Assembly: GCA_048940645.1 (NCBI GenBank)
Contig: JBHLOI010000027.1
Span: 1-48,182 of the forward strand
Source of the DNA: Promethearchaeota archaeon
GTDB taxonomy: Archaea; Asgardarchaeota; Lokiarchaeia; Sigyniarchaeales; SOKP01
Direction of reading: 5' to 3'
DNA length: 48,182 bases
Part shown: in pieces, positions 1-8,930 of the stretch
Position numbering within the stretch: position 1 is the first letter of the stretch
How the letters are laid out: each line of letters starts with the position of its first letter
The notes under the pieces: model-generated
What the model was told of the DNA's origin: nothing
What the model saw: only the letters and a program-made list of their open reading frames with translations
Databases searched by the model: none
Translations under genes and position numbers: made by a program

Positions 1-34
1 GACAACTTTCTAAAGCCTCTTTTAATTTAACCAT
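1..34 (-). CDS. porB: 5' end of probable 2-oxoacid:ferredoxin oxidoreductase beta subunit (runs off window)
   Basis: ATG at 34 with GGAGG SD upstream, reads MVKLKEALESC...; directly follows porA in a gamma-delta-alpha operon. Identity is from context only. Confidence 0.55.
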   Translation of the reverse strand, partial: MVKLKEALESC

Positions 35-38
35 ATTA

Positions 39-1295
39 CTATTTAACCTCCAATAAACTATCCCAGAGAGTTCCATGTATGGTATCTTTTGGAAACTCTC
101 CAGTTTCAATAAATTTAATCAATTTTCTTAACTGATTTTTTTGTTGTTCTAAAGTGACTTCTCTACCTCCTAAACCATTAATAATGGGCAAAATCTTGGC
201 TGTATCCTCAGTTTCATGTAAGGCTGCTTTTACTTCACAGCTTACTGGACCACCTGTTTGAGATCCAAAAGCTGTAGCTCTATCAACTACTCCAAGTAAT
301 TTAACCTTTCTAGCAACTCCAATTATATCTTCTGTTGGAAAAGGCCTAAAGTGTCTTAATTTTACCATACCGACTTTATAACCTTCTTCTCTTACCTGAT
401 CAATAGCATCTTCCATTTGAAGTGCTAAATCACCGTAAATTATCATTCCAACTTCAGCATTATCCATTTTATATTCCTGAATTAATCCATTGCCATAACT
501 CCTTCCAAATACCTGTTTAAATTCTTGTGCAGCTTTTATTATTTTCCCTTTTGCCCTGATATGAGCATCATGTATTTTTAATCGAAATTCTTGATAAAAT
601 CCGGAAGGCATAATGAGGTTTCCAAACATCATTGGTCTTTTTGGATCCATCCAAATATGAGGCCAACCATCTTCATCTGGCAATGGAGGTAAAAAGTTAT
701 CAACTTTATCCTGGTCCTCAACAATTATAGGTTTTGATGTATGGGATAAAATAAAACCGCCATAAGCTACAAATTTCGGTAACAAAATTTCATGATCTTC
801 ACATACCTTATATGACATAAGAATTTCATCATAGATTTCTTGATGTGAAGAACAAAAGGCACTCATCCATCCTGTGTCACGCTGACTTAGTACATCAGTA
901 AAGTCTGCCCATATATTCCATGGAGGAGCAGGACCTCGTGATGCTATTGCCATAACAATCGGAAGTCGAGCACCTGCTGCCCAATGCACCATTTCATGCA
1001 TATAAAATAAACCTTGTCCAGAAGTGGCTGTAAAAGTTCGAGTCCCCGCTTTACTTGCACCTATGATGGATGCAAGAACACTATGTTCAGATTCAACTTT
1101 AATATATTGAGTCCCAGGCATCTCGCCATTATCAACAAATTCAGATAACTTTTCAACTACTGTTGTTTGAGGAGTAATTGGATAAGCACTAATAACCTGA
1201 ACTCTTGCTGATTTTGCAGCATAAGCAGCTGCAACATTTCCTTTAATGATGAGATTTTCTTCCTTCTGAATAAAATCTTTTGGGGTTTCAACCAT
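39..1295 (-). CDS. porA: Pyruvate/2-oxoacid:ferredoxin oxidoreductase alpha subunit
   Basis: Motifs [30 protein letters not shown]. Confidence 0.93.
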   Translation of the reverse strand: MVETPKDFIQKEENLIIKGNVAAAYAAKSARVQVISAYPITPQTTVVEKLSEFVDNGEMPGTQYIKVESEHSVLASIIGASKAGTRTFTATSGQGLFYMHEMVHWAAGARLPIVMAIASRGPAPPWNIWADFTDVLSQRDTGWMSAFCSSHQEIYDEILMSYKVCEDHEILLPKFVAYGGFILSHTSKPIIVEDQDKVDNFLPPLPDEDGWPHIWMDPKRPMMFGNLIMPSGFYQEFRLKIHDAHIRAKGKIIKAAQEFKQVFGRSYGNGLIQEYKMDNAEVGMIIYGDLALQMEDAIDQVREEGYKVGMVKLRHFRPFPTEDIIGVARKVKLLGVVDRATAFGSQTGGPVSCEVKAALHETEDTAKILPIINGLGGREVTLEQQKNQLRKLIKFIETGEFPKDTIHGTLWDSLLEVK

Positions 1296-1641
1296 CCTTT
1301 ATATCACTTTCCCTTACCATTTCTATATTATTTGTGGGGCATTCTTTAGCACAAATCCCACAACCTTTACAATATTTTAAGTCTATTTCAAAAGAACCGT
1401 CTTCTTTCCTTATTATCACGCCTTCAGGGCAATACATCCAACAGATTCCACATTTATTACAACCTTCCTTAATAACTGGTCTATATGTTCTCCAATCACC
1501 GGTTTCGCCCATACTCCCTTTAATTGGTAATGATATTGGAATGGGAGATAATTCTTCCCAATCTTTATATTCTTGAACCTTTGGTCGTTCTTTTTTAGAT
1601 TTATTAATTTTTTTCCATTTATCTGATTTACTTTCTGCCAA
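1288..1641 (-). CDS. porD: 2-oxoacid:ferredoxin oxidoreductase delta subunit (2x[4Fe-4S])
   Basis: TGDWRTYRP followed by [12 protein letters not shown] and [12 protein letters not shown]. Confidence 0.92.
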   Translation of the reverse strand: MAESKSDKWKKINKSKKERPKVQEYKDWEELSPIPISLPIKGSMGETGDWRTYRPVIKEGCNKCGICWMYCPEGVIIRKEDGSFEIDLKYCKGCGICAKECPTNNIEMVRESDIKDG

Positions 1642-1643
1642 AT

Positions 1644-2219
1644 TTAACCCTCCTTTACAGATTCATACGCATCTTTCGCAACCCTCATATTTTTGTCTAA
1701 TCTCTTTAGACCAAATTGTTTCTTTATAACTTTTTCCATAATTTCAAGATCATAATAGCCAGTTATCTTTCCAAATGCACCTAACATGGGAATATTTAAT
1801 ATCGGACCACTTGCGTGCATAAATTCTCTTTTAATGCAAATTCCTGTAGCATCAATGATATAAAGTTTAATATTTTTCCCAAATTTACTTGTATCAAATG
1901 TATTTTTACTATTTGCTACAAGTGTAACTCCATCTTTAATAGTATCCTGAACTCTTGGTATATCTAACAGTGAAGTGTCAAAAACTAGTATGAAATGGGG
2001 ATTAACAACGCTATCGTAAGTTTTTATAGGTTTATCTTTAGATATTTTGGTAAATGCTTGTATTGGAGCACCTCTTCTTTCTGCTCCAATAATTGGAATA
2101 GCAATAGCATCTTTAAAGCCTTTCTCATAAGCTAATTCTGCTAATAATTGGCTTGCAGTGATAGCCGTTTGACCACCTCGTCCGTGAAAAGTTATTTCTA
2201 TTATACTGTCATCAGTCAA
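1644..2219 (-). CDS. porC: 2-oxoacid:ferredoxin oxidoreductase gamma subunit
   Basis: [21 protein letters not shown] motifs. Confidence 0.92.
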   Translation of the reverse strand: MTDDSIIEITFHGRGGQTAITASQLLAELAYEKGFKDAIAIPIIGAERRGAPIQAFTKISKDKPIKTYDSVVNPHFILVFDTSLLDIPRVQDTIKDGVTLVANSKNTFDTSKFGKNIKLYIIDATGICIKREFMHASGPILNIPMLGAFGKITGYYDLEIMEKVIKKQFGLKRLDKNMRVAKDAYESVKEG

Positions 2220-2518
2220 TTTATATCAGCTAAATCTTAATTATTTTTTACAATAACAAATAAGAATCCAACCAATAAAAGCGTATAAAGTTATATTTAT
2301 TAGTTGCTTTTTAAAACTAATTCAATTTGAACTCTTAAGACTAAATTAATCTGCAATACATTAAAAATTTCTGGAATAAATTTATAAGTAGGCTGTTTAA
2401 TAAGGTATGAACCATTTTTTAAAGTATTATTAAGTAAAATAAAACTTTCTGCAACTATTATTATTTTACTATTAAAATTTTATAATTCCATCAAAAATAT
2501 TAAAAATTTTTCATAAGA

Positions 2519-3088
2519 ATGTCTCAAAAAGCCAAGGATTCAGAAGAACAATTCTCGTTTAAATGTCCCGCTTGTTCTGAAGGAACTGTAAATATACAAA
2601 AAACAGTTTACGACTTACCTGATAAGGATAAAATGCTTATTATCAAATTTGAATGCAATGAATGCAATTTTTCTAAAAATGATATCATTCCTTTAACTAC
2701 TAATTTTGATCCTGGCATTATAACTTTAAAAGTTATAAATGAAGAAGATCTTAAATCAAAAATTTATCGATCTCCTACTGGAAAATTAGAGATACCTGAG
2801 TTAGAATTATCTGTACAACCAGGACCTAATGCAGAGTTCTATTATACTAATGTTGAAGGGATTTTATATCGATTCGAAAGTGCTGTCTTACTATATAGAA
2901 ATAATTTAAAGAAATCTGATCCTGAAATTGAGGATGTAAATCAAATTTTAGAGGATATTAAAAAAGCACTTAATGGAAAATTGGAATTCACATTAAAAAT
3001 AACTGATAATGGTGGAGGGAGTTATATCATTCCATTTGATAAATCAAAATATCTTTTTGAAAAACTTGAAAATATGGAATTAGATTAA
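2519..3088 (+). CDS. ZPR1-type zinc finger protein (single archaeal module)
   Basis: CPAC...CNEC zinc finger, then RSPTGKLEIPEL and TNVEGIL typical of the ZPR1 A/B domain. Confidence 0.85.
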   Translation: MSQKAKDSEEQFSFKCPACSEGTVNIQKTVYDLPDKDKMLIIKFECNECNFSKNDIIPLTTNFDPGIITLKVINEEDLKSKIYRSPTGKLEIPELELSVQPGPNAEFYYTNVEGILYRFESAVLLYRNNLKKSDPEIEDVNQILEDIKKALNGKLEFTLKITDNGGGSYIIPFDKSKYLFEKLENMELD

Positions 3089-3276
3089 AATCTCCTTTAT
3101 ACTCAATGATAAGTTTTTAATAAAATTACCATAAATTTAATTTAAGATTAGTTTAGATTATTTTAAAAAAATAGGAATATTTTGCAATCAATAATCATTA
3201 TGATGTATTCCATCACAACTTTTTTAATTAAAAATTGCTTAATTAATTAGTCAAAATACCAAAATAAAATTTATAA

Positions 3277-3282
3277 AGGTGA
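3277..3282 (+). promoter_or_regulatory. Shine-Dalgarno site of pfk (AGGTGA)
   Basis: AGGTGA matches the archaeal anti-SD and lies 6 nt upstream of the ATA at 3289. Confidence 0.7.
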
Positions 3283-3288
3283 TTTTAT

Positions 3289-4495
3289 ATAGCTATTAAA
3301 AAGATTGGAATTTTAACGGGCGGCGGAGTCATGTTCAAGATTTTCCTTAACTGTCGTATACTGCCCTGGGTTAAATAGCGTAATTTATGGGATAATGTTA
3401 AAAGCTTATGATGCTGGGGTAGAGTGTGTAGGAATTCTTAAGGGCTGGAAAGGATTTATAGATAATGATACAATCCCTCTTAATATAGCCGAACATGATG
3501 ACTTACATACGGTAGGAGGAACAATTCTCTATACAAGTAGAACAAATCCTTTTAAAGGAATCACTTCAAAAGAAGAAAAAGCAAAAGAACTAGCAGCAAA
3601 GTTTAATGAATTAGCTATCGATGCCCTAATAGCTATCGGTGGAGTTTTAAAATAGTTTCTATTTTAAACTGAAGACGATACATTAGGGGTTGCGGATTCT
3701 TTGCACAAATTTGCCAAAGCAAAGGTTGTTGGTGTTCCAAAAACTATAGACAATGACCTTCTTGGAACACATTATACGTTTGGATTTTGGAGTGCTGTAC
3801 AGTTAGCTTCTAATACACTAGATAATCTAACAACAACTGCACATTCTCATCAAAGGGTGTTTGTAGTTGAAATAATGGGCAGAGATGCCGGCTTTCTTAC
3901 CATGTATAGTGGAATCTCTGCTGGTGCTGATATTATTTTAATCCCAGAGACTCCATTTGACTTTGAGAAAGATATTACTGATGTACTTAAAAAAAGAGCA
4001 ACTGCTGGTTATAAATATCATATTATTGCAATATCAGAAGGAGCATACCCTAACCTAAAGTCACTAGAGAGAGATTTTAAAACGATTTCTAAAGAAACTA
4101 TTGAAAAATTACCCAAAGATACATTTGGTAATCCATTATTAGCTAAATTAGGTATGTCTCAAATAATTGTTGATGAATTAAATTTACGAGAGGATTTGCA
4201 AAAAGAATTTAAAAGAAATGGAGTTGAATTTGAGTGCAGAAGCGTTGTTCTTGGTCATACTATGCGTGCTGGAACTCCTAATTCATTTGATAGAATATTA
4301 GGTCTAAGATTTGGATTAGCAGCTATGAAATTGGTATTAGAAGGCAAATTTGGGAATATGGTCTCATTACAAGGAAATCAAATTAAAGATGTACCTCTTT
4401 CTGAGGGAGTAAAAAAGAAATATATCACCGCGGAAAACGACAAAATGGAATTACGTGATTTATTAGTTAAAATAAGATACTTATCTAAACAATAG
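3289..4495 (+). CDS. pfkA: 6-phosphofructokinase (PfkA family, PPi-type signature), split by two introns; exons 3289-3328, 3360-3644, 3675-4495; 381 aa after splicing
   Basis: Joined exons read MAIKKIGILTGGGDCPGLNSVI...GGTILYTSR...ALIAIGGDDTLG...PKTIDND...VEIMGRDAG...LGHTMRAG. Exon total is 1146 nt (382 codons with stop). GGDD plus PKTIDND is the PPi-dependent signature. Confidence 0.92.
3329..3359 (+). other. Putative bulge-helix-bulge mRNA intron 1 (31 nt)
   Basis: Removal gives GGA G|AC TGC (GGGDC). Central helix GCGG(3323-26)/UCGU(3354-57), bulges AG^U and AU^A, internal intron hairpin, and exon-exon stem GGGCG/C(U)GCCC. Confidence 0.8.
3645..3674 (+). other. Putative bulge-helix-bulge mRNA intron 2 (30 nt, contains in-frame TAG)
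   Basis: Removal gives GGA G|AC GAT (GGDD). Exon stem UAUCG/CGAUA, central helix GUGG/CUGA, bulges AG^U and AG^A, perfect 10-bp intron stem 3646-55/3659-68. Confidence 0.85.
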
Positions 4496-4531
4496 TAAAA
4501 AAATATTCTAATTTTTTTTAATTATTATTCT

Positions 4532-5776
4532 CTAACCATAATTTTTTTCTTCCTCATGATCAGCATCAATAGCATCTTTTTCTACATCTCGGTCAAGCCA
4601 TTTTTCGTTAAGTATTTCTCTATAATACTCATGCTGGATGATTAAACTCATTATTTCCGAGGTTCCCGTCCAAATCTCTCCAAGTCTTGAATCGCGAAGT
4701 ATTCTTTCAATAGGATATACAGTTGTGTAACCAATTCCTCCCATTACTTGCATAGCATTATTAATAATCTTCCAACAAGCCTTAGTGGAAAACTTCTTAG
4801 ATTCAGATACTAACCTTCTTTGTAACGCTGGTGGTGCTCCAGCATCAATAGTCCTTGCTGTATTTAATACAATTGATCTCGCTGCATCTAAGAGAGTGAT
4901 ACTATCAGCAATTTTAAAACTTACTGCTTGAAAGTTTTTAATTGTTTGCCCAAAAGCCTTTCTTTTGGTTGAATATTTAGTAGCAATATGAAGACAAGTT
5001 CTAGCAGACCCTAATGAACCTGCCGCTGTTGTAAGGCGCTCAGGAACCATCATTTGATAAAAGATTCGACCTCCCTCCCCTTCTCCCATAATTATATTTT
5101 CTTGAGGAACTTCTACATCTTCAAATTTGAGCCTTCCAGCACCACCCCCTCTAGTTCCTAACAATCCGTATATATATTCCGTTTCAACGCCCTTACTGCG
5201 ATCAACAATAAAAAGACTAAGTGATGACCGAGGAACAGCATTAGGATCAAGATTTGTTTTAGCGTAAACAAGAAAGAAATCAGCTCCCTCAGCTCCTACA
5301 ACAAAACGTTTTTCACCATTCAATATATAATAATCACCTTCTTTAACAGCTGTACATGTTGCGCCAAAAAAATCAGAACCACCCCTTGGTTCTGTTAAAG
5401 CTTCTGCAGTATACTTTTTACCCTCACACATAGGTTTTAGGTATTTTAATTTTTGTTGTTCAGAGCCAAATAAATTCATTGCTTCTCCAGTAATTATAGG
5501 AAGAGAATATAAACAAGGTAAAGAGCTTCCTAATACGCCTACTTCTTCAAGTGCAACAACTTCACATTCCCAATTTAAACCTCGACCACCAAATTCCTTA
5601 GGAAATCTTAAACCTATAAGATTCCTCTTACCGAGTTTCTGTAAATACTCAACTGGATAGCTAATTTCTTCTTTATCCATTTTTTTAATTAAATTGTGAG
5701 GAACCTCATCCCTTACAAATGCCCGTACCTCTTCTTTTATACTTTTAGCATCCTCACTTATTAAATAATCAAACAT
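4532..5776 (-). CDS. Acyl-CoA dehydrogenase
   Basis: [39 protein letters not shown]. Confidence 0.93.
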   Translation of the reverse strand: MFDYLISEDAKSIKEEVRAFVRDEVPHNLIKKMDKEEISYPVEYLQKLGKRNLIGLRFPKEFGGRGLNWECEVVALEEVGVLGSSLPCLYSLPIITGEAMNLFGSEQQKLKYLKPMCEGKKYTAEALTEPRGGSDFFGATCTAVKEGDYYILNGEKRFVVGAEGADFFLVYAKTNLDPNAVPRSSLSLFIVDRSKGVETEYIYGLLGTRGGGAGRLKFEDVEVPQENIIMGEGEGGRIFYQMMVPERLTTAAGSLGSARTCLHIATKYSTKRKAFGQTIKNFQAVSFKIADSITLLDAARSIVLNTARTIDAGAPPALQRRLVSESKKFSTKACWKIINNAMQVMGGIGYTTVYPIERILRDSRLGEIWTGTSEIMSLIIQHEYYREILNEKWLDRDVEKDAIDADHEEEKNYG

Positions 5777-5946
5777 TTTTGATTGTTCTTAAAAAAATTA
5801 TATTGCTCAATAAAAATATTTGATAGTTTAAAATTTATTAGTTTACTATTATTCAATTTATCATTAAATTATGGGGAATATGGTATTTCTGAAAATCAGA
5901 AATCTATATTTGGTAATCTTTTATTCAACCACCAGATGGCTTATAT

Positions 5947-7182
5947 ATGCTTACAAAAATTAAAAGTAGTTTTAAAAAGTACCCAAATCCGTTTAAAGTG
6001 CTTGTATTTGCCACTTTCATTGATAGGTTGGGAGGTTTTTTATTATTTCCTTTTTTTTCGTTCTATATATTCGAACGGTTTGGAGTGGGGGGTACTGAAG
6101 TTGGTTTTCTAGTTACAATGTTTTCGGCAGGAAGTATTGTTGGAGGTATGATAGGAGGTGCATTAGCTGACAAATATGGTCGTCGTTCGATGGTGCTTTT
6201 AGGGTTGATCTCAAGTGGAATAGGAAGTATATTGATGGGAGTGGTGGATAATCTGAATCTTTTTTTTATACTTGCAGGACTTTTAGGAATTTTAGGGGAT
6301 ATTGGGGGTCCTGCAAGACAAGCGATGGTTGCGGATTTACTACCAAGAGAAAAACGGTCACAAGGATTTGGAATTCTAAGAGTAGCTGTAAATCTTTCAG
6401 CAACAATTGGTCCTATCCTAGGGGGATTTTTAGCAACCCAATCTTATTTAATTCTCTTTATTGCTGATGCTGTTAGTAGTTTATTTACCGCTTTAATTGT
6501 ATTTCTTATTATTCCAGAGACAAAACCAGAAAAAGAAGAAGATAAACCAGAAGAAACAGTGATGCAAACCATTATAGGATATAAGGAGGTTTTGAAAGAT
6601 TCAATTTATATAACATTTCTTACTATCTCTGCTTTAACGGTTTTGGTATACATGCAAATGAATACCACTTTACCTTATTTTTTAAATCAAATGTATGGGT
6701 TCACTAAGACAGATTATGGTTGGTTGTTAAGCATGAATGCATTGATGGTGGTGTTATTTCAATTCTGGATAACTTCAAGAATTACCAAGTATGATCCCAT
6801 GAAAATGATGGCTTTTGGAACGCTACTATATATGATTGGTTTTGGGATGTATGGTTTTATTTCTGAAATATACCTGTTTTTCATAGCTATGGCAATACTA
6901 ACAGTGGGAGAAATGATTGTGATACCTGTCTCACAAGCTACAGTTACATTATTTGCTCCTGAAGATAAGCGAGGACGTTATATGGCTTTATATGGGTTCC
7001 ATTGGTCGTTTCCAAATCTTTTTGGAGTTTTAGCTGCAGGTTTAATTTATGATTACATTGGACCGAATTGGGTATGGTATTTAGCTGGAATTTTGTGTCT
7101 GATATCCGTTATTGGATTTTGGTTTCTACATAATATCGCAAAAAATCGCATTTCTAAAGAAACAGAAACTTTGGTCAAATAA
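5947..7182 (+). CDS. MFS transporter
   Basis: About 12 TM segments, motif A GALADKYGRR, PEDKRGRY. Confidence 0.92.
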   Translation: MLTKIKSSFKKYPNPFKVLVFATFIDRLGGFLLFPFFSFYIFERFGVGGTEVGFLVTMFSAGSIVGGMIGGALADKYGRRSMVLLGLISSGIGSILMGVVDNLNLFFILAGLLGILGDIGGPARQAMVADLLPREKRSQGFGILRVAVNLSATIGPILGGFLATQSYLILFIADAVSSLFTALIVFLIIPETKPEKEEDKPEETVMQTIIGYKEVLKDSIYITFLTISALTVLVYMQMNTTLPYFLNQMYGFTKTDYGWLLSMNALMVVLFQFWITSRITKYDPMKMMAFGTLLYMIGFGMYGFISEIYLFFIAMAILTVGEMIVIPVSQATVTLFAPEDKRGRYMALYGFHWSFPNLFGVLAAGLIYDYIGPNWVWYLAGILCLISVIGFWFLHNIAKNRISKETETLVK

Positions 7183-7282
7183 TTGTAGGAATAAAAGACT
7201 TCCTTTTGACTAAAATATTACTTTAAATTCATTTTTAGAAGTTGTACTACATCATGAAAATATGATTGTATATCTTAAAGTA

Positions 7283-7302
7283 CGTGAAAGTTCTGTTTCA
7301 CG
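7283..7302. terminator. Small hairpin between convergent genes
   Basis: CGTGAAA-gttctg-TTTCACG, 7-bp inverted repeat between the 3' ends of the MFS and sulfotransferase genes. Confidence 0.3.
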
Positions 7303-7315
7303 AAAATCTTAAAAC

Positions 7316-8443
7316 TTATATTAGTTCAGGTATTTTATAATTCCATTTATCTATAGTGAATCTCCAATTTTTTTCAATCAAATTTAAGATTCTATTATCC
7401 ATTTGAAATTTATTTTTTTTATATGATTTTATCTGTTCCAAATAATTTTTAAATCTATTTTTGTTTTTATCAAACCCTTTAATATTTAAATTGATGTAAA
7501 TCCTTTCCAATTGACTGATTGTATCGCTTTCTAAATCTTCAAACTTAACATCGATTAAATTATTATTTGGTATTAACTTCTTTTCCTTAAAATAACTTGT
7601 CATCATTCTTTTATAGATTTTAATTATATTTTCTTCGAGTAGTTTATTAGATACATTTTGAAACATGAAAATTTGAATTGCTTTCTTATAAAAATGCCGA
7701 GTAGACAAATATATTACGTAGGGATTTCTGTATATATGAATAAATTTTGCTTCTGGGTACATTTCTAATAATATCTTAATCCTAGCTGTGTTTACTGGAT
7801 TTTTTAAAACAAGACGCTTCCCTTTCATATTTAAAGTAGCAGTTTTAAGTAGATAATTGTAAGTATATTTCCACTTTTTAACCAATTTAGAAGAAACGTT
7901 TTTAAAACGCACGTACTTGTTATAATATTCCATCATTCTTTTAGGGAAGTATAAAGCATTATAGAAGGTATAAGGAAATAGATTCCCCAAAGCCATTTCA
8001 TCTTCTTGAGGTTTATAGATACCCATTTTCATATTATCCATGGGGCGTGTTTCAGGTAAGAACTGATTCATGCAAAAGCTAAAAAAAGTATTACTCATAA
8101 AAGATTTAGGAAAAGAGGCTTGCAGCATGGTCACAAATCCAAATTGAGGATCTTGGGTAAGTAAATTATGGAGATGGGTAGTACCACTTCTCCAATGACC
8201 AATTATAAAGATTGGAGGGAATTTTAATTTTGTTTTTTTTATTGCTTTATTATAACACATGTATTCAAAAATACGGAATGGAATTCCAACTATACTAACA
8301 CTATTCATAAAAAGGATACGAAAGTAATGCTTTAAAGCTATTGAGTTATTAGATATTAATAATTTCATCAAATCTCTATAAGAACATCCAAAATTTGGGC
8401 CAATTCGTGCAAAATCAGCATATTTAAAACTCAAAATTCTCAC
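7316..8443 (-). CDS. PAPS-dependent sulfotransferase family protein
   Basis: 5'-PSB loop PIFIIGHWRSGTTHLH, LKNP, HIYRNPY...S, VKFEDL. Confidence 0.88.
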   Translation of the reverse strand: MRILSFKYADFARIGPNFGCSYRDLMKLLISNNSIALKHYFRILFMNSVSIVGIPFRIFEYMCYNKAIKKTKLKFPPIFIIGHWRSGTTHLHNLLTQDPQFGFVTMLQASFPKSFMSNTFFSFCMNQFLPETRPMDNMKMGIYKPQEDEMALGNLFPYTFYNALYFPKRMMEYYNKYVRFKNVSSKLVKKWKYTYNYLLKTATLNMKGKRLVLKNPVNTARIKILLEMYPEAKFIHIYRNPYVIYLSTRHFYKKAIQIFMFQNVSNKLLEENIIKIYKRMMTSYFKEKKLIPNNNLIDVKFEDLESDTISQLERIYINLNIKGFDKNKNRFKNYLEQIKSYKKNKFQMDNRILNLIEKNWRFTIDKWNYKIPELI

Positions 8444-8558
8444 AATTAAGGTCGATAAAATATTGCCTTAATTTTTATGAGATTAAATTATGTGATTTAA
8501 GTAATAAATATATGCAAAAATATTTGCTATATTAAAATAAAAAAAATTAAGTAAAAAA

Positions 8559-8855
8559 TTAAAGTTCAAAGATCTCTCTAGCTTTTTCTTCAACTATCTC
8601 ATTATTAATGAGATCCCAAATTTCACCATAGAAAAATTCTTTATCATTTTTGACAATGATTGGAATCCCTTCAACACACGCACTCATGTCACAGAATAAA
8701 CTATTAAATGTGGGGTTTTTCATCAAAGGATCATCAAAGTCTTTTGGGTCTTGATAATCCAATATCTTATAATCAATATCCTTGCCCGCAAGCCATTGTT
8801 CTAGTTTTTCGCAGAAAAAACAATTCTTTTTTGTAATAATTTTAAATTTTGCCAT
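8559..8855 (-). CDS. Glutaredoxin-like protein
   Basis: N-terminal CFFC and later cis-Pro motif GIPII; thioredoxin-fold size. Confidence 0.7.
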   Translation of the reverse strand: MAKFKIITKKNCFFCEKLEQWLAGKDIDYKILDYQDPKDFDDPLMKNPTFNSLFCDMSACVEGIPIIVKNDKEFFYGEIWDLINNEIVEEKAREIFEL

Positions 8856-8930
8856 GTTAAAAAATTAGTTAAAATTATTTTTAAACGTTCTCTTATGAAT
8901 TTATAAACATTAATTTTTCTCTAATTAAAA

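Noticed and set aside
3195-3216. TGATG-N5-CATCA upstream of pfk as a glycolytic regulator site or C/D box
   Set aside because: Only 5-bp arms, it does not match the Thermococcales TATCAC-N5-GTGATA motif, and no D box partner was seen.
3331-3361. Spliceosomal-like signals: TTCCTTAAC (matches the U12 branch-site consensus) with possible AT...AC ends in insert 1, and GT...AG (3644-3674) around insert 2
   Set aside because: AT-AC excision would give GGGV instead of the invariant GGGD and there is no ATATCC 5' site. GT-AG excision of 31 nt would frameshift. Archaea have no known spliceosome. Treated as coincidence, but worth rechecking if more introns are found.
3653-3655. Pyrrolysine or stop readthrough at TAG, or programmed frameshifting at insert 1
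   Set aside because: Either would leave about 10 extra residues inside the GGDD or GGGD catalytic loops.
3329-3674. Inserts as MITE or IS footprints
   Set aside because: No clear target-site duplication, the two inserts are not copies of each other, and the pairing involves exon bases and G-U wobbles.
3289-4495. pfk as a pseudogene or sequencing error
   Set aside because: The two lesions are discrete 30-31 nt non-duplicated inserts at identical contexts with BHB folds, and the rest of the gene is intact. Random decay or homopolymer errors would not produce this, though read-level confirmation is still needed.
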